The position numbers and the translations under genes were made by a program. From Thermoplasmata archaeon (GTDB lineage: Archaea > Thermoplasmatota > Thermoplasmata > Thermoplasmatales > Thermoplasmataceae), in assembly GCA_021816965.1 (NCBI GenBank), contig JAKAWU010000001.1, positions 22,259 to 86,258 of the forward strand: a stretch of 64,000 nt of DNA, in the 5' to 3' direction. The notes under the pieces were generated by a model. It made no database searches. It was given only the letters and a program-made list of their open reading frames with translations, and was not told the DNA's origin. Of this stretch, positions 20,595-30,225 are shown in pieces. Numbering within the stretch: position 1 is the first letter of the stretch; each line of letters opens with the position of its first letter.

Positions 20595-21492
20595 GGGACG
20601 CAAGGAATATCATTCCGATGAATGAATTTGAATTGAGGAAGGAAACCCTGATGCTGCCCGGTTTTTCCGGATCCACAATAATGTGCTGATAGATAATCAG
20701 GATGTATATGATGATGAGGGCCACAGCGTAGTAGTAACTGTTTATATAAATAAGGAGAAGAGTGAACAGTCCAAGAGTTACTGCATGTGTCATGGAAGAT
20801 ATCTTCATCCCATTATTAACGCCATATCGTGTCATTACAGTTTTCAAATTATTTCTCCTGTCATGTTCTATGTCGGGTATAGTGTAGATCATATCGAATC
20901 CTGCGATCCATATGCCTGTGGCAAGCACAAGAATATAGATTGCTGGAGATGAGGGGAAGGAAGGAATCACAGCAAGATAACCTGCCATTACGCCAACACC
21001 TATGGTAACGCCCATGAAGAAATGCCTCCATGGCGTTATCCTCTTCAGGAATGGATCTATGATGAAAAGTGAAAGCACGATGGGCGAAAGCATCAGAACA
21101 AAACCGTTTATGAAATATGTGTCGATCTCAAAGAGACCTATCATAAGTGCAACGAATAGGAGTGCATTCTTTGTGCTTATATTCCCATTCACGAGACCCC
21201 ATTTGCTCTTCCGTGGATTTGTTTGATCATATTTCCTGCCCATTATCCTGTTTGTGCCCATGGCTGCTGCCCTTGCAAGAGTTCCTGCAAGCAGAACCAG
21301 AACTATGATCCTCAATCCGGGAAAAGTTCCTGCAGCTATGAAGCTTCCTGAAACTATGAATGGAAGATCGAACACAGTATGCTCAAGCTTTATGAAATCC
21401 ACAAAGTTTCTTGCTACTGATTCTCTATGGACTTCCTCAGTTGATCCACTCTTTCCTCTATGTCCCTGTTCATTGTAAGTGTTTCCGGCCAT
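20542..21492 (-). CDS. UbiA-family prenyltransferase (MqnP-like)
   Basis: IKLEHTVF, NRIMGRKYDQTNPR, PFLKR and AGFDMIY..PDIEHDR. The true start may be GTG at 21402. Confidence 0.9.
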   Translation of the reverse strand: MAGNTYNEQGHRGKSGSTEEVHRESVARNFVDFIKLEHTVFDLPFIVSGSFIAAGTFPGLRIIVLVLLAGTLARAAAMGTNRIMGRKYDQTNPRKSKWGLVNGNISTKNALLFVALMIGLFEIDTYFINGFVLMLSPIVLSLFIIDPFLKRITPWRHFFMGVTIGVGVMAGYLAVIPSFPSSPAIYILVLATGIWIAGFDMIYTIPDIEHDRRNNLKTVMTRYGVNNGMKISSMTHAVTLGLFTLLLIYINSYYYAVALIIIYILIIYQHIIVDPEKPGSIRVSFLNSNSFIGMIFLASLILSQYFPLILLPAGSL

Positions 21493-22850
21493 TCTCGTTC
21501 ATACCCCTCAGTTTTCCATTTCCTTGTGGCATCTATTCCCATTTTTGAACCCAGATTGAATAATGGGGATGCATGATCCAGGCTATCTGTATGAGTGCCA
21601 GGTATAATAACCACATCACGTGCAGGATCTATTCTCGTTGTCATGGCCCATATGACTTCCTTCCTGTCATGTACATTCACATCAGGATCCACCACAAGAA
21701 CTATCTTGGAGAACATCAGCTGGCCCGTTCCCCATATGGAGAACATTACCTTTTTTGCATGACCTGGATACCTCTTCTTTATTGAAACAACCACCATATT
21801 GTGAAAGACTGCCTCCTCCATGGTGTTCATATCGATGATCTCGGGTATCTGAAGTCTCAATAGGGGGAGAAAAAGCCTCTCGATTGTCTTTCCGATTATT
21901 ACATCCTCATGCCACAACTTTCCAACTATTGTTGTGGGATACACAGGATTCTTCCTCTCGATTATTTTTTTCACATGAAATACCGGAAACTCCTCAGCAA
22001 GTGAATAATATCCCGTGTGATCGCCGAAGGGGCCCTCCATCCTTGTTTCAGTTGTATCAACATATCCCTCAAGGACTATTTCCGAATTCATAGGATATTC
22101 GATATTCACGCTCTGCCCCTTTACAAGATCCATTCTTTTCTTGCTTATGAGGCCCCAGAACGAGAATTCATCAAGCATATCGGGAAGAGGTGCAACAGCA
22201 GAGAATATTGTGAGAGGATCAGTTCCGAGAGTAACTGAGACATCCATGATCTTCCCCCTGGTCTCCTGGAAATTTCTTGATCCATCCTTATGTATCTGCC
22301 AGTGCATTCCCATGGTTTCTGAGTCGTACATCTGCATCCTGTACATCCCTGCATTCCTGATCCCTGTCACCGGATCCCTCGTTATGACTACAGGCAGGGT
22401 CACGAAAGGCGCAGCATCATCGGGCCATGTTTTGCATATAGGATATCTTGAGAGATCAACCTTGTCCAGAACTGAGTGTGTTGATGGCAACCTCTCATGA
22501 ATTTTTGGCCTCAGGCCTGAAAGTTCCCTGAGCATCTCGATCCCCTTCATGATCATTGATCCGCTTTCTTTTGGAGGTTTTATGAGATTAACCATATCAT
22601 TCCCTATGGCCTCCGGGTTATTTCCCAGTATATCATTCATTTTTTCCTGAGTTGAGAAAATGTTTCCAATAACCGGTAAATCAGAACCTTTCACGTCGGT
22701 AAAAAGCATGGTTCTTCCCTTCCCTGTTCTTTCTTCCTCACTGAGAAGCCATGTGAGTTCGAGGTCTCGATCTACGGAATTATGAACCTCAATAAGCTCT
22801 TCCTTCCTCTTCATTGCTTCAATAAAATCATGGATGTTGTCATATGGCAT
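21414..22850 (-). CDS. UbiD-family (prFMN) decarboxylase, menaquinone-type
   Basis: RNAGMYRMQ, EGPFGDHTGYY, KRYPGHAKK and SKMGIDAT. Confidence 0.94.
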   Translation of the reverse strand: MPYDNIHDFIEAMKRKEELIEVHNSVDRDLELTWLLSEEERTGKGRTMLFTDVKGSDLPVIGNIFSTQEKMNDILGNNPEAIGNDMVNLIKPPKESGSMIMKGIEMLRELSGLRPKIHERLPSTHSVLDKVDLSRYPICKTWPDDAAPFVTLPVVITRDPVTGIRNAGMYRMQMYDSETMGMHWQIHKDGSRNFQETRGKIMDVSVTLGTDPLTIFSAVAPLPDMLDEFSFWGLISKKRMDLVKGQSVNIEYPMNSEIVLEGYVDTTETRMEGPFGDHTGYYSLAEEFPVFHVKKIIERKNPVYPTTIVGKLWHEDVIIGKTIERLFLPLLRLQIPEIIDMNTMEEAVFHNMVVVSIKKRYPGHAKKVMFSIWGTGQLMFSKIVLVVDPDVNVHDRKEVIWAMTTRIDPARDVVIIPGTHTDSLDHASPLFNLGSKMGIDATRKWKTEGYEREWPETLTMNRDIEERVDQLRKSIENQ

Positions 22851-22919
22851 ATACCCTTAATGACAGAAATAGAAATAACATTTTGTTAAAAAAAATAAAA
22901 TAAAAAAAATGGTTTTTGT

Positions 22920-25900
22920 TTATTGTTTCTTTCTCATTAACGGTGCCAATGCAAAGACTCCAACGAGAATTCCCACAACTGCTGATCCTGCTGCTGATGC
23001 AGCAACATCTGGTATGGGTGATGGAGTGACACTTACAGTTGTGTAAGTTACTTTGATCTGACCATTTCCTGATACGAAGATTGTACTGTTTCCTGATCCT
23101 GTTGTGTAGCCAGAGACACTTCCTACGGAGTAAGTGACAGACCCATATGAAACGGTTACAGTCAATGTGGATGTGTTGCTAGTGTATGGATGTCCGTTCA
23201 CTGTGACGTTCCATGATGTTCCGTTGGGAAGTCCAGTTTCGGTGAATGTCAGGGTGTATTTAGTCTGTGTGAATGTTACTGATATGGCTGTGTTTGAGCT
23301 GACTTTTACTGATCCTGATCCGTTTGCCACTGTGTATCCTGAAGGTGCTGTTACTGAATATGAGTATGTGTTCGCAAGAACGTTGAAAGATATAGTCGAC
23401 GTTGTTGAAGAAGAATACATAGTTCCACCAACAACAACAGACCATGATGTTCCGCTTGCAAGTCCAGTTTCAGTGAATGTCAAAGTGTAGTATGTACTAA
23501 CTGTAGCAACTTTGTTTGCAGAATCCAAGACTATTCCATATGTGAGTGATGTTGTTTGCCCATTTACATTTGCGCCAACAGAATAATTACCGTATGGAAT
23601 ATTGGATATTGTCTCAGATGATGCAGTTGTTGATGCCTGTACGACTCCATTCAGTACTGGTGCCCAGCTGGCCCCACCAGAATTCTTGTTGACCACTGTC
23701 ATGTTTCCTGTAAACAGGTTAACGTTCAGATTTTGGCCAGCGGTCAAATTGAGAGTTGTTGACGTCTGGAACATGTCCGAAAGTGTAATGCCAATAGAAC
23801 TGTTAGTATTAGATATTGCTAAGTCTGTGGATTCGATTGTGAACACACTGTGAGAAGGAGCTTTTGGTGCAAGCACATCAAATAGCAGGACAGATGAAAC
23901 TCCAGTATTTGCTGGTGCCATGGTGATCATCAATCCGTTGTATGTTACAGTATAGAAAGATGATACTCCAACTCCTGCCTGCGTAGATGCTGATGGAACG
24001 TTCAGTGTGATATTTGCTCCGGGCAATATCATAGGCGTGAAGTCTGCTACACCTGTGGATACTCCTCCAAAGTTTGTGTATGGTCCGACTCCGTTATAGT
24101 TCCACCAGTAGTTTCCGTTAAGATTGTCTCCACTGTAGTTTGCAGAAAGTCCTGTGTAGTAATTGTAATCGAGACTCTGGATCGGATTCTCCGCACTGAA
24201 CATATTTCCATGGAGTGTTGTGTTGTTAGAAAAGAGCATGAGTCCCGTAGGTGATGATCCACTCAGCAAAGTGGAGAAATATGATGATGTGAGGGGTATG
24301 CCTAAATTAACTGCGTTGTCATAGAATGTGTTGTTGATATATGATATGTTGGACTTGACATCCGGTGCGTTGTATGAGAATGCACCCATGCTCATTACTG
24401 CAAAACTGTTATTGTATATGTACAGATTCGTTGAATTCCATGTTGTCAGTGTTCCTTCAAAATAGCCTGCCTGCTGGAACGAATACCATGAATTGAATAA
24501 ACCATTTTCCACCTCAATATTTGAGGAATTGTATATCCACATGTTCATTCCATTGGTACTTGGCAATCCGTAGAAACCTGCTATGAGTCCTCCAACTCCA
24601 GTGTATTGAACACCCATTGTGAATTGTTCGATGTTTATGTGAACATTGGTGTTATATACGAGGAAACCTGGGAAGACCGGGAATGCATAATCGTTCAACT
24701 GTCCGAATATTGTGTTCAACATGCCTGCATTAGCATCAGCTGTGATAGTATACGGTGAAGCCACTGTGCCTGCTCCCCTTGCTGAAACTGCTGCAGCCTG
24801 TGCATTTCCATCTATTATGATTGGCGTGTAAACTCCCATTGTTGAGTTGGAAGTGAAGTTCACATAGGTATATCCTGTTGAATTCAGTGATCCATTGGCA
24901 ATGTTGTAGTTGTTAGAAAGTCCTTCCCATACGTATGACGTTGATTTTGGAAGGTAGTAAGCAAAATTCTTTCCGTAATTGACAGAGGCCCAGTTCCAGA
25001 ATCCCTCAGAAGCTAATGTTGCGTTCTGGCCCACGAACAAATAAGAGTTTGTTCCATGGTTCAATGTAACTTTATACGTCTGGAATGTTGAATTTGTCTC
25101 ATTCCACATGCCGTAAACCATTGATGGTCCGCCTGTGAGTATTGCTGTTGATCCAACGTAATGCACATCTACTCCAACAGATGTTTCGCCTGTTTCAGAT
25201 CCGATATCATAAGCATTTGGTACATTCTGGAAAGTGTTTGTTGTTGTGTTCATATACATAAGATTCATGCTTCCAGATATGTTCATTATGGTAGCAGTGC
25301 TTCCTCCGCCTGGCCCACCAACCATTATCTCTGCATCATAAGGTATGAATCCTAGTGGTGTCATATTTGTACCGCTCACAAAGTAGTGAAGTGGTTTTGC
25401 ATTTGTTGAAGAATTGAACACTGCCTGATCGTATGTTCCACTTACAACACCAGGAGTTCCCTTAACTCCAGTCAGAGAATAGTTGAAATTCACTGCCTGT
25501 CTTCCACCCACGAGAGATGTGTTAAGATACAGGTTAATGCTTAGATTCGAGTTTGAAAGGTTGTATGTTGGGCCAAGAACTATGTATGCACCTGGATATG
25601 GATTAACTGTCCCTGTACTGCTGTAAATCGCGTTTGATGACCATGACGCAGTGGGTGATGAGAAGTTCCATATGTTAAGATCGAAAGATATCTGATGCGT
25701 TCTTGCTGAATAGAAAATGACATTCTGAGTCCACATTGCATAGCTTGAGTTACCAAACAGGTTCACATTGTTCAAAACTGCGTTAAGCTGGAATGTGACA
25801 CCCTGGGGTGATCCGTCTGCCAGATTCATTGTCTGAAGTTGTGTAAGGTTGATGTGTGCAGCAAGATCGGGGAATGTGTAGTTCTGCGTTCCTATAGCTC

Positions 25901-26273
25901 CTGATTTGTTATAAAGGCCGTAGAAACCTATACCCATAGGTGCAGGGGACTGAGAATAACCAGGTGTTATGTGCCCTGCTCTGATTCCACTGACGCTTGC
26001 GAAGTTAGGTAGAAATACGTATTTCAAGGGAGTGTTGCTCTGGTTTGCCAGTTCTATGGCTTTCTGTGCCATCTGACTTCTTGAAAGACCTGCGAAGGGG
26101 CCTGCCGTACTCCCAGATACAGGCGTAATAGCTTTCCCTGTGCTTATAACTGCAGGTGCTGCGTTGTGCGATGACGCAACAGATGAGTTATTCTGCAGAG
26201 GGATAACAAATAGCATGCCTACTATCATGAGAGCAATCAAAAAAATTGCCAAAATTGCTTTTTTGTTGTCCAT
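22920..26273 (-). CDS. Thermopsin-family (peptidase A5) cell-surface protease with C-terminal repeats and membrane anchor
   Basis: Signal peptide, PAPMGIG, QLNAVL, WTQNV, DAEIMVGGPGGGS and SETGETS. It has two FTETGLxxGTSW repeats and a C-terminal TM followed by RKKQ. Confidence 0.88.
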   Translation of the reverse strand: MDNKKAILAIFLIALMIVGMLFVIPLQNNSSVASSHNAAPAVISTGKAITPVSGSTAGPFAGLSRSQMAQKAIELANQSNTPLKYVFLPNFASVSGIRAGHITPGYSQSPAPMGIGFYGLYNKSGAIGTQNYTFPDLAAHINLTQLQTMNLADGSPQGVTFQLNAVLNNVNLFGNSSYAMWTQNVIFYSARTHQISFDLNIWNFSSPTASWSSNAIYSSTGTVNPYPGAYIVLGPTYNLSNSNLSINLYLNTSLVGGRQAVNFNYSLTGVKGTPGVVSGTYDQAVFNSSTNAKPLHYFVSGTNMTPLGFIPYDAEIMVGGPGGGSTATIMNISGSMNLMYMNTTTNTFQNVPNAYDIGSETGETSVGVDVHYVGSTAILTGGPSMVYGMWNETNSTFQTYKVTLNHGTNSYLFVGQNATLASEGFWNWASVNYGKNFAYYLPKSTSYVWEGLSNNYNIANGSLNSTGYTYVNFTSNSTMGVYTPIIIDGNAQAAAVSARGAGTVASPYTITADANAGMLNTIFGQLNDYAFPVFPGFLVYNTNVHINIEQFTMGVQYTGVGGLIAGFYGLPSTNGMNMWIYNSSNIEVENGLFNSWYSFQQAGYFEGTLTTWNSTNLYIYNNSFAVMSMGAFSYNAPDVKSNISYINNTFYDNAVNLGIPLTSSYFSTLLSGSSPTGLMLFSNNTTLHGNMFSAENPIQSLDYNYYTGLSANYSGDNLNGNYWWNYNGVGPYTNFGGVSTGVADFTPMILPGANITLNVPSASTQAGVGVSSFYTVTYNGLMITMAPANTGVSSVLLFDVLAPKAPSHSVFTIESTDLAISNTNSSIGITLSDMFQTSTTLNLTAGQNLNVNLFTGNMTVVNKNSGGASWAPVLNGVVQASTTASSETISNIPYGNYSVGANVNGQTTSLTYGIVLDSANKVATVSTYYTLTFTETGLASGTSWSVVVGGTMYSSSTTSTISFNVLANTYSYSVTAPSGYTVANGSGSVKVSSNTAISVTFTQTKYTLTFTETGLPNGTSWNVTVNGHPYTSNTSTLTVTVSYGSVTYSVGSVSGYTTGSGNSTIFVSGNGQIKVTYTTVSVTPSPIPDVAASAAGSAVVGILVGVFALAPLMRKKQ
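23211..23489. repeat. Intragenic direct repeat encoding two YTLTFTETGLxxGTSW modules
   Basis: ccatgatgttccg...aagtccagtttc.gtgaatgtca..gtgta occurs at about 23211-23258 and 23442-23489. Confidence 0.85.
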
Positions 26274-26307
26274 TGTCTTTTGAAGGAGTTCACAATATAA
26301 ATATATT

Positions 26308-26335
26308 ACTAACTATAACTGTGTTTATATACTGA
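26308..26335. other. Candidate dif site (XerA target)
   Basis: ACTAACTATAA-CTGTGT-TTATATACTGA has 11-6-11 geometry with an inverted TATAA/TTATA core and lies about 60 bp past the xerA stop. Confidence 0.5.
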
Positions 26336-26396
26336 ACATTCAGGACTAATTTGAATTTAATTCTGGTACGGACATTAATATTTATAGATTACAGAT

Positions 26397-27251
26397 TCAA
26401 TTAAAACGTGGCCCGTATTTGGAGTACATTTCCCTCATGGTTTCATCATCTATATGTGTGTATATTTCCGTGGTACCTATGCTGGAATGGCCCAGAAGCT
26501 TCTGGATAAATCTTATGTCTCCACCATTTTTCAGGATTGTGGTGGCAAAGGTGTGCCTCAGTGTATGAGGTGTCACTTTTCTCCTGATTCCTGCTTCCTG
26601 AGCGAGATTCCTGATCATTCTCTCCACGCTTACTGTGCTGTATTTTCCCTTCTTCCTGCTCACAAACAGAAATTCACTGCTTCTCCCCTGCTCTATTCTC
26701 CATCTGATGTAATTAGTTAGCATTTCCGAGACATATTCGGGTATGAGTACAATTCTTTCCTTGTCCCCCTTGCCATTTTCTATTTTTATGGATCCTGTTG
26801 TAAGATCAACTGAATCAACCTTCAGGGAGCAGATTTCGCTCACCCTCATCCCGGTATATACGAGAAGGTTAACCATGGAGTGCAGCGTTATATCCCTGTT
26901 GCTTGCTTCAAGAAGTTTCGCAATTTCTGAATTGTTTAGATATACTGGTATTTTCCTTGTTCTTCTTGGTGCCACAAGATTTGGAGGAGGAGGCAGTCCA
27001 AGTGTCCTGTACATGCATCTTGCTGCCTTGATGGCCAAATACTGGCTGCTCTTTGAGTATTTCCTGTCTGTTGCAAGATAGAATTTGTATTTTTCTATAT
27101 CTTTTTCAGTGCATTTTGAGGGAGTCTTACCTGTGAACTGGAGGAAGAGAGATGAAAGGAATAGATACTGTTTCACAGTTGCCTGGCTTCTCCTTTCAGA
27201 AATGAGTTTTCTTCTCATTGTTTCAAGGTCAGACTCTGGAGATGATTCCAT
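26397..27251 (-). CDS. xerA: Tyrosine recombinase XerA
   Basis: SAM-like N-domain, TGMRVSE, GKGDKER, HTLRHTFAT and LLGHSSIGTTEIY (R-K-H-R-H-Y). It is 284 aa and in housekeeping context. Confidence 0.92.
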   Translation of the reverse strand: MESSPESDLETMRRKLISERRSQATVKQYLFLSSLFLQFTGKTPSKCTEKDIEKYKFYLATDRKYSKSSQYLAIKAARCMYRTLGLPPPPNLVAPRRTRKIPVYLNNSEIAKLLEASNRDITLHSMVNLLVYTGMRVSEICSLKVDSVDLTTGSIKIENGKGDKERIVLIPEYVSEMLTNYIRWRIEQGRSSEFLFVSRKKGKYSTVSVERMIRNLAQEAGIRRKVTPHTLRHTFATTILKNGGDIRFIQKLLGHSSIGTTEIYTHIDDETMREMYSKYGPRFN

Positions 27252-27337
27252 TTATGTTGATTATATGAAATATGCATAAAAAATTATGCTACACTGAAAA
27301 GTGAATATGTTTTTATGAGGAATTCGGATTCTCATAC

Positions 27338-28303
27338 ATGAAGGGGTTTGTAATTGAAAAATTTGGGCTGGAAAACCTCACATTCAGGGATGTGGAAGAA
27401 AGTGGAGATGGAATAAGGGTAAAGATCACCATGGCTGCAATCAACCCCCTGGATTATAACCTTGTAAATGGAAAGGTGGTGTACGGCGTGGCCCCAATGC
27501 CACACATAGCAGGCTCTGAAGTTATTGGAGAAGTTGTGGATGATGGTATTTCACTCAGGAAAGGTCAGAGAGTCATGGTATACAACCGAATTTTTGATTC
27601 CACCTGCGGGATGTGTGTCTCCGGAAATGAACATCTCTGCTTTCATGGAGGACTCTGGGGTGTCGGAACAAATGGTGGATTCCAGGAATACGTGAGGGTT
27701 CCGGAAAAAAACCTGATCAGAATACCTGATCATATGACGGACATACAGGCAGTATCCATTCCCATTGCTGCCCTGACTGCATACCATGCCATTAAAAGAT
27801 CCAATGCGCATGCTGGAGAAAAAATACTGTTCTATGGAGCAGCAGGAAACACAGGCATACTTGGAATGCAGATTGCAAATATTATGGGGCTTGATGTTTA
27901 CGGTGTTTCCAACAATGATATGGCAAAAGGGTACGGCGCAGTAAAAATTTTCAGGAGAGATGAAATACCGGAAGGCTTCACTTCAGGCATTATCATTAAC
28001 CCAATGGGTTCCGAAGTGTTCCAGGATTCACTGACTCATCTTTCACGTGGTGGAAGGCTTGTAACATTTGGAATCCTCACAGGAAGGAATTCCGAAATTG
28101 ATATTGCAAACATCTACACTTCAGAAAAAAGCATAATTGGATCGACTGGTGGAACAAGGAAGGACCTGGAAGAAATTCTTGAAATAATGAAAAATCATCA
28201 GATAAGGGTTCCAGTGGACAGTACTTTCAGGTTTGAAGAACTTGTTACTGCCCTGAAGAGGCATGCGGATAAACATTCAGGAAGAATCATAGTCAAATAC
28301 TGA
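27338..28303 (+). CDS. Zn-containing/MDR-family alcohol dehydrogenase or quinone oxidoreductase
   Basis: INPLD, PHIAGSE, structural Zn lobe DxxCxxCx7C and GAAGNTG. Confidence 0.9.
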   Translation: MKGFVIEKFGLENLTFRDVEESGDGIRVKITMAAINPLDYNLVNGKVVYGVAPMPHIAGSEVIGEVVDDGISLRKGQRVMVYNRIFDSTCGMCVSGNEHLCFHGGLWGVGTNGGFQEYVRVPEKNLIRIPDHMTDIQAVSIPIAALTAYHAIKRSNAHAGEKILFYGAAGNTGILGMQIANIMGLDVYGVSNNDMAKGYGAVKIFRRDEIPEGFTSGIIINPMGSEVFQDSLTHLSRGGRLVTFGILTGRNSEIDIANIYTSEKSIIGSTGGTRKDLEEILEIMKNHQIRVPVDSTFRFEELVTALKRHADKHSGRIIVKY

Positions 28304-28308
28304 TTTGA

Positions 28309-28950
28309 TCAGGTGTTTTTCAGGATGCCGATCCTTTCCCTAATATTTCCTCCATAAATGTAAGATGCAGAAACTATTATATCCGCACCGCTTTCTTTCA
28401 CCAATCTTCCCGTTATATCCGTTATCCCTCCATCCACCTCAATCCTAACATGAGGAGCGATCTCATCTATGATCCCTTTCAATTTTCTGATCTTTTCAGG
28501 TGTTGTTTCTATGAATTTCTGTCCGGAGAACCCCGGATACACGCTCATGATCAGAACCATGTCAAGCCTTGTGAGAAAATTCTTCAGCATATCCACAGGA
28601 GTGTCCGGATTGATGGCCATCCCGATCTGTTTTCCCATTTCCTTAATTCTTTTATGAACGGAATCAAAGTCGAATGGTGTTTCATAATGGAAATACAGTA
28701 TATCTGCACCACTATCTGCAAAACTTTTCCAGTATTTTTCGGGATCAAGGATCATCATGTGCGCCTCGAGATTGACGTCAGTGACCTTCCTGATGGCCCT
28801 TATGAAGTCCGCCCCTACAGTTAAATTGGGCACAAAATTGCCATCCATTATGTCTATATGGAATGAGTCCGCTCCTGCATCAACGGATTCAAGAATCTGT
28901 TCCTTGAGAATTTCAAGCTTGCAGGATATTACGGATGGTGATACCTTCAT
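28309..28950 (-). CDS. rpe: Ribulose-phosphate 3-epimerase
   Basis: HIDIMDGNFVPN, EAHMM, MSVYPGFSGQKF and EVDGGI. Confidence 0.96.
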   Translation of the reverse strand: MKVSPSVISCKLEILKEQILESVDAGADSFHIDIMDGNFVPNLTVGADFIRAIRKVTDVNLEAHMMILDPEKYWKSFADSGADILYFHYETPFDFDSVHKRIKEMGKQIGMAINPDTPVDMLKNFLTRLDMVLIMSVYPGFSGQKFIETTPEKIRKLKGIIDEIAPHVRIEVDGGITDITGRLVKESGADIIVSASYIYGGNIRERIGILKNT

Positions 28951-29059
28951 CTTTTAGAATTGCAGAACCGTATTTATTTTTTCCATTTCGGAGCTGAAAC
29001 ATTTCAGAAGATGAAAAACAGGAGCACACAGGGGCCCTTGAAATATTAGGAATGAAATG

Positions 29060-29078
29060 GTATAAGTTCACGTTATAC
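29060..29078. promoter_or_regulatory. Inverted repeat over the promoter of the AbrB/VapC locus (putative autorepression operator)
   Basis: GTATAA-gttcacg-TTATAC ends 11 bp before the ATG at 29090. Confidence 0.5.
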
Positions 29079-29089
29079 ATATATTTAAC

Positions 29090-29337
29090 ATGGAAAAGAA
29101 AACTAAGGTTGGACCAAATGGCAAAGTGGTCATACCAAAGGATATCAGGAATAAAATTGGTATAAAGGAAAACTCTGAAGTTATAGTGGATATTTTAGAT
29201 GATTCAATAATTATAAGGAAACTGAAACCAGAATCGGTTTCTTACGTTGATTTTTATTGCACAACTTATTCCAGGAAACTTAAAATGAAAGTGGACATTA
29301 AAAAATCACTGAGGAGCAGTATGAAAGGAATATATGA
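29090..29337 (+). pseudogene. AbrB/MazE-family antitoxin, frameshifted at an A6 run
   Basis: KVGPNGKVVIPKDIRNKIGI is an AbrB motif. One extra A at 29300-29305 restores KKITEEQYERNI-stop. As written, the ORF reads through into the toxin frame. Confidence 0.7.
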
Positions 29338-29545
29338 CATTGACTCAGATGTCTTCCTGTATCCGGTTTTGTGTGAAAACATTGAAAAAACTGAAACAGC
29401 AGGGAAAATACTTGCACCAATCGAGAGGAAAGATTGCATGCTATACCTCAACGTTGACCTGGAATAAGGTCTCTTAAGTAAGCGAAATATTGCTGGGTAG
29501 AATAGATTCTATTGAGATGAGTAGAAAGTTCATTAATTTCCCCTT
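29321..29545 (+). pseudogene. PIN-domain (VapC) toxin remnant
   Basis: MKGIYDIDSDVFLYPVL is a PIN N-terminus. After a frameshift near 29430 it continues YTSTLTWNKVS*VSEILLGRIDSIEMSRKFINFP, with a stop at 29475, and is truncated. Confidence 0.7.
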
Positions 29546-29570
29546 CCTTTCAGAAGGGGCCTTCCCGCTC
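29540..29570 (-). mobile_element. Second IS200/IS605-like end remnant (hairpin)
   Basis: The minus strand reads GAGCGGGAAGGCCCCTTCTGAAAGGAAGGGG, with a perfect 7-bp stem CCCCTTC/GAAGGGG. It shares GAGCGGGAAG with the 17598 element. Confidence 0.5.
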
Positions 29571-29632
29571 ACAGTAGATAAATAAAAATTTTTTGTTGAA
29601 ACATATAAATAGGAAAACATGTATACAAATTT

Positions 29633-30130
29633 ATGACCTCAAATAACGATACAATATCAGGAAAGGATCCAGAGGAGGTTATGAAAAAGATACTTTCTAA
29701 ATTAATAAGCATAAAAGGCAACATGATTGTAAAATATGAAGAAATCAAGAAAAAAAGCCATTACGACAATACCGTAAAAATCCTTGAAGATCTTATAGAT
29801 ATGGAAAAACACGATATAGGGATAATTGAGAATGCGGAGAACACACCACATATCAGGTATTCTTTTACCTCGGGGAAGGAATCCGATTATGAGATTGTAG
29901 ATCATATCATAGGAGAGAGCGAAGAGATGAAAGGGGATGATCCAAGATCGATTCTTGCATGGAGCATCAACCAGACGGATGAGATATACAAGATTGCACA
30001 GGTCCTCAGCCAGGACTATGAAGATGCTGAACTCAGGCTGCTTCTCAAAAACATTGCTGAAAATGAGATAAAGAGGAAGAACAGACTCAGCAAACTGTAC
30101 GACGATATAGTCAACATGGATTACTGGTAA
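29633..30130 (+). CDS. Ferritin-like/rubrerythrin-like four-helix protein
   Basis: Duplicated helical pattern LIDMEKHD / IAENEIKRK, a degenerate ExxH. Confidence 0.65.
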   Translation: MTSNNDTISGKDPEEVMKKILSKLISIKGNMIVKYEEIKKKSHYDNTVKILEDLIDMEKHDIGIIENAENTPHIRYSFTSGKESDYEIVDHIIGESEEMKGDDPRSILAWSINQTDEIYKIAQVLSQDYEDAELRLLLKNIAENEIKRKNRLSKLYDDIVNMDYW

Positions 30131-30225
30131 TTTTTGACGTCCATTTGCTCAACAAAATTCACTCTCAAAGCCGAATATATCATTATTTTTGATAAAATTA
30201 ATGAACTATAAGATTTTATCCCTGC

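Noticed and set aside
26397-27251. Tyrosine recombinase as the integrase of a provirus or island
   Set aside because: Its size and motifs fit chromosomal XerA. There is no adjacent tRNA, att duplication or viral/plasmid gene.
29060-29078. GTATAA-N7-TTATAC as a second dif site
   Set aside because: The spacer is 7 bp rather than 6, and the site sits on a TA promoter, so it is better explained as an AbrB operator.
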